A DNA stretch of 64,000 nucleotides from Takakia lepidozioides (Eukaryota > Plantae > Bryophyta): the NCBI GenBank assembly GCA_030704615.1, contig CM060734.1, forward strand, positions 24,800,001 to 24,864,000, in the 5' to 3' direction. The translations under genes were made by a program, and so were the position numbers. Position 1 is the stretch's first letter, and each line of letters begins with the position of its first letter. The notes beneath the pieces were generated by a model. It did not search any database. It was given only the letters and a program-made list of their open reading frames with translations, and was not told the DNA's origin. Of the stretch, positions 61,818-64,000 are shown in pieces.

Positions 61818-64000
61818 GGACCGTGCTGTCACAACATTTCATCCCCCTAGATGGAAATGCGGCGCCGAATTTCCATCCAGGGGGATGAAATGTTGTGACA
61901 GCACGGTCTCTCCCCCCGGAACAATTTCATCCAAACCCCCATGGATGGAAATTCGGTGCCGCATTTCCATCCTGGGGATGAAATCTGGGTTCCAGCTGGG
62001 CTTCTCTCCCCCCGAGACGACTTCATCCAAACCCTCTGGATGGAAATTCGGCGCCGTATTTCCATCCTAGGGACGAAATTGGGGTGCCACCTGGCATTCT
62101 CTCCCCCCAAGACGACTTCATCCAAAATCCCCAAGATGGAAATTCGGCATCGTATTTCCATCCTGTGGATGAAATTGGGGTTCCAACTGGCACTCTCTCC
62201 CCCCCGAGAGGACTTCATCTAAACGCTCGAGGATGGAAATTTGGCACCGTATTTCCATCTTGTGGATGAATTTGGGTGCCACCTGGCCCGAAAAGCCCGA
62301 AAAAATCCAAAAATGGAAGAAAATGGATGAAAATCGTCCGTAATTAGGAAGATCTCCACCCGGGATGGTCAAATCTGACCGCGCTGGATGGAAATTCAGC
62401 GCTGAATTTCCATGCAGGTGGATGAAAATGGTGTGTCAGCTCGGTTCCCCCCGCCCCCCCCCCCCCCCCCCCCCCCCCCCCCGAAGATTTCATCCAACCC
62501 CCATGAATGGAAATTCAGTGCCAGATTTCCATCCAAGGGATGAACTTTCCCGGTACAAGCTGGCCCTTTCTCATTCCGAAACAATTTCAGCCAACTCCTT
62601 CCGAATGGAAATTCGGCGCCGCATTTCCATCCTCGGGGATGAACTTGGGTGCCACCTGGCTGGCTCTCCTCCCAAAACGACTTCATCCAACTCCCCCCGG
62701 ATGGAAATTTGGTGTCGCATTTCCATCCGGGGGGGATGAACTTGGGTGCCACCTGGCCGGCTCTCCTCTGGAAACGACTTCATCCAGCTCCCCCCGGATG
62801 GAAATTCGGTGCCGCATTTCTATCCGGGGGGATGAAAATATTCTGCCAAGTAGGACTCTTGCCCCCCGAAATGATTTCATCCAACACCCCTTGGATGCAA
62901 ATGCGGCACCAAATTTCCATCTGGGGGGATGAACTTCGGTGCCAGGTGGCCCTCTCTTCCCCCGAGATCATTTCATCCAAACCCCCTTGGATGGAAATTC
63001 GGCGCCGTATTTCCATCCTGGGGATGAAATTTGGGTGCCAGCTGGGCTTCTCTACCCCGAGACGACTTTATCCAAACCCTCAGGATGGAAATTCGGCACC
63101 ATATTTCCATCCTTGGGACAAAATTGGGGTGCCACCTGGCATTCTCTCCCCCCATGAAGACTTCATCCAAAATCCCCAGGATGGACATTCAGCGCGGTAT
63201 TTCCATCTTGGGGATGAAATTTGGGTTCCAACTGGCACTCTCTCCCCCCGAGAGGACTTCATCTAAACGCCCGAGGATGGAAATTTGGCGCCGTATTTCC
63301 ATCTTGCGGATGAATTTGGGTGTTACCTGGCCCGAAAAGTCCGAAAAAGTCCAAAAATGGAAGAAAATTGCCCGTAATCAGGAAGATCTCCACCCGGGAT
63401 GGTCAAATCTAACCGCGCTGGATGGAAATTCGGCGCCGAATTTCCATCTAGGTGGATGAAAATGGTGTATCAGCCCCCCCCCCCCCCCCCTCCCCCTCCG
63501 AGAAGATTTCATCCAACCCCAATGGATGGAAATTCGGTGCCAAATTTCCATCCAAGGGATGACCGGTACAAGCTGGCCCTTTCTCCTCCCGAAACGATTT
63601 CATCCAACTCCCCCCATGGAAATTCGGCGCCGCATTTCCATCCGGGGGGGATGAACTTGGGTGCCACCTGGCCAGCTCTCCTCCCGAAATGACTTCATCC
63701 AACTCCCCCGGATGGGGATTCGGCGCCGCATTTCCATCCGGGGGGATGAAAATATTCTGCCAAGTGGGTCTCTCGCCCCCGGAAATGATTTCATCCAACT
63801 CCCCTTGGATGGAAATGCGGCACCGAATTTCCATCCGGGGGGATGAACTTCGGTGCCAGGTGGCCTTCTCTTCGCCCGAGATCATTTCATGCGGCGCCGA
63901 ATTTCCATCCAAGGGGGGTGGGATGAAATGGTCTTGGGGGAGGAGAGGGCCAGCTGGCACCCAACTGCATCCCCCGGATGGAAATTCGGCGCCAAATTTC
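61818..64000. repeat. Palindromic tandem array (core GATGGAAATTCGGCGCCGAATTTCCATC, ~80-120-bp units, ~1.03-kb higher-order repeat); probable foldback transposon arm running off the window
   Basis: ~20 palindromes; 61990-62560 recurs at ~63030-63590; long hairpin at 61820-61907; interrupts the RLE element. Confidence 0.85.

Noticed and set aside
61839-63960. Many overlapping ORFs (MEIRRRISI repeats)
   Set aside because: By-products of a palindromic, stop-poor repeat

Overview
Eukaryotic nuclear DNA from a land plant. This rests on a plant-type beta-tubulin exon structure and PLS/DYW PPR fragments; a non-seed lineage is inferred from the TE repertoire and is not proven. The only intact host gene is beta-tubulin (16285-17908, +). 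The rest is nested, mostly decayed transposons: a chromodomain Ty3/gypsy, L1-type LINEs, MULEs, RNase H + restriction-like-endonuclease (Dualen/RandI-like) non-LTR elements, a Pack-CACTA and palindromic repeat arrays. The most notable feature is a Ty3/gypsy element (38204-45089) whose pol carries a C5-cytosine DNA methyltransferase domain between protease and RT and ends in a PHD finger; a second, fragmented copy lies at 26625-26964 and 34753-35214. A 6.7-kb CACTA with a 3-bp TSD (53845-60553) carries shuffled exons in which an OSB-type PDF ssDNA-binding motif runs into PLS-class PPR repeats, plus a MIRO GTPase fragment. Junction sequences document a local inversion splitting three nested elements. 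The RLE-LINEs end in a GNRA/loop-E/UUCG structured 3' RNA element. All calls were made by eye from motifs; no searches were run.
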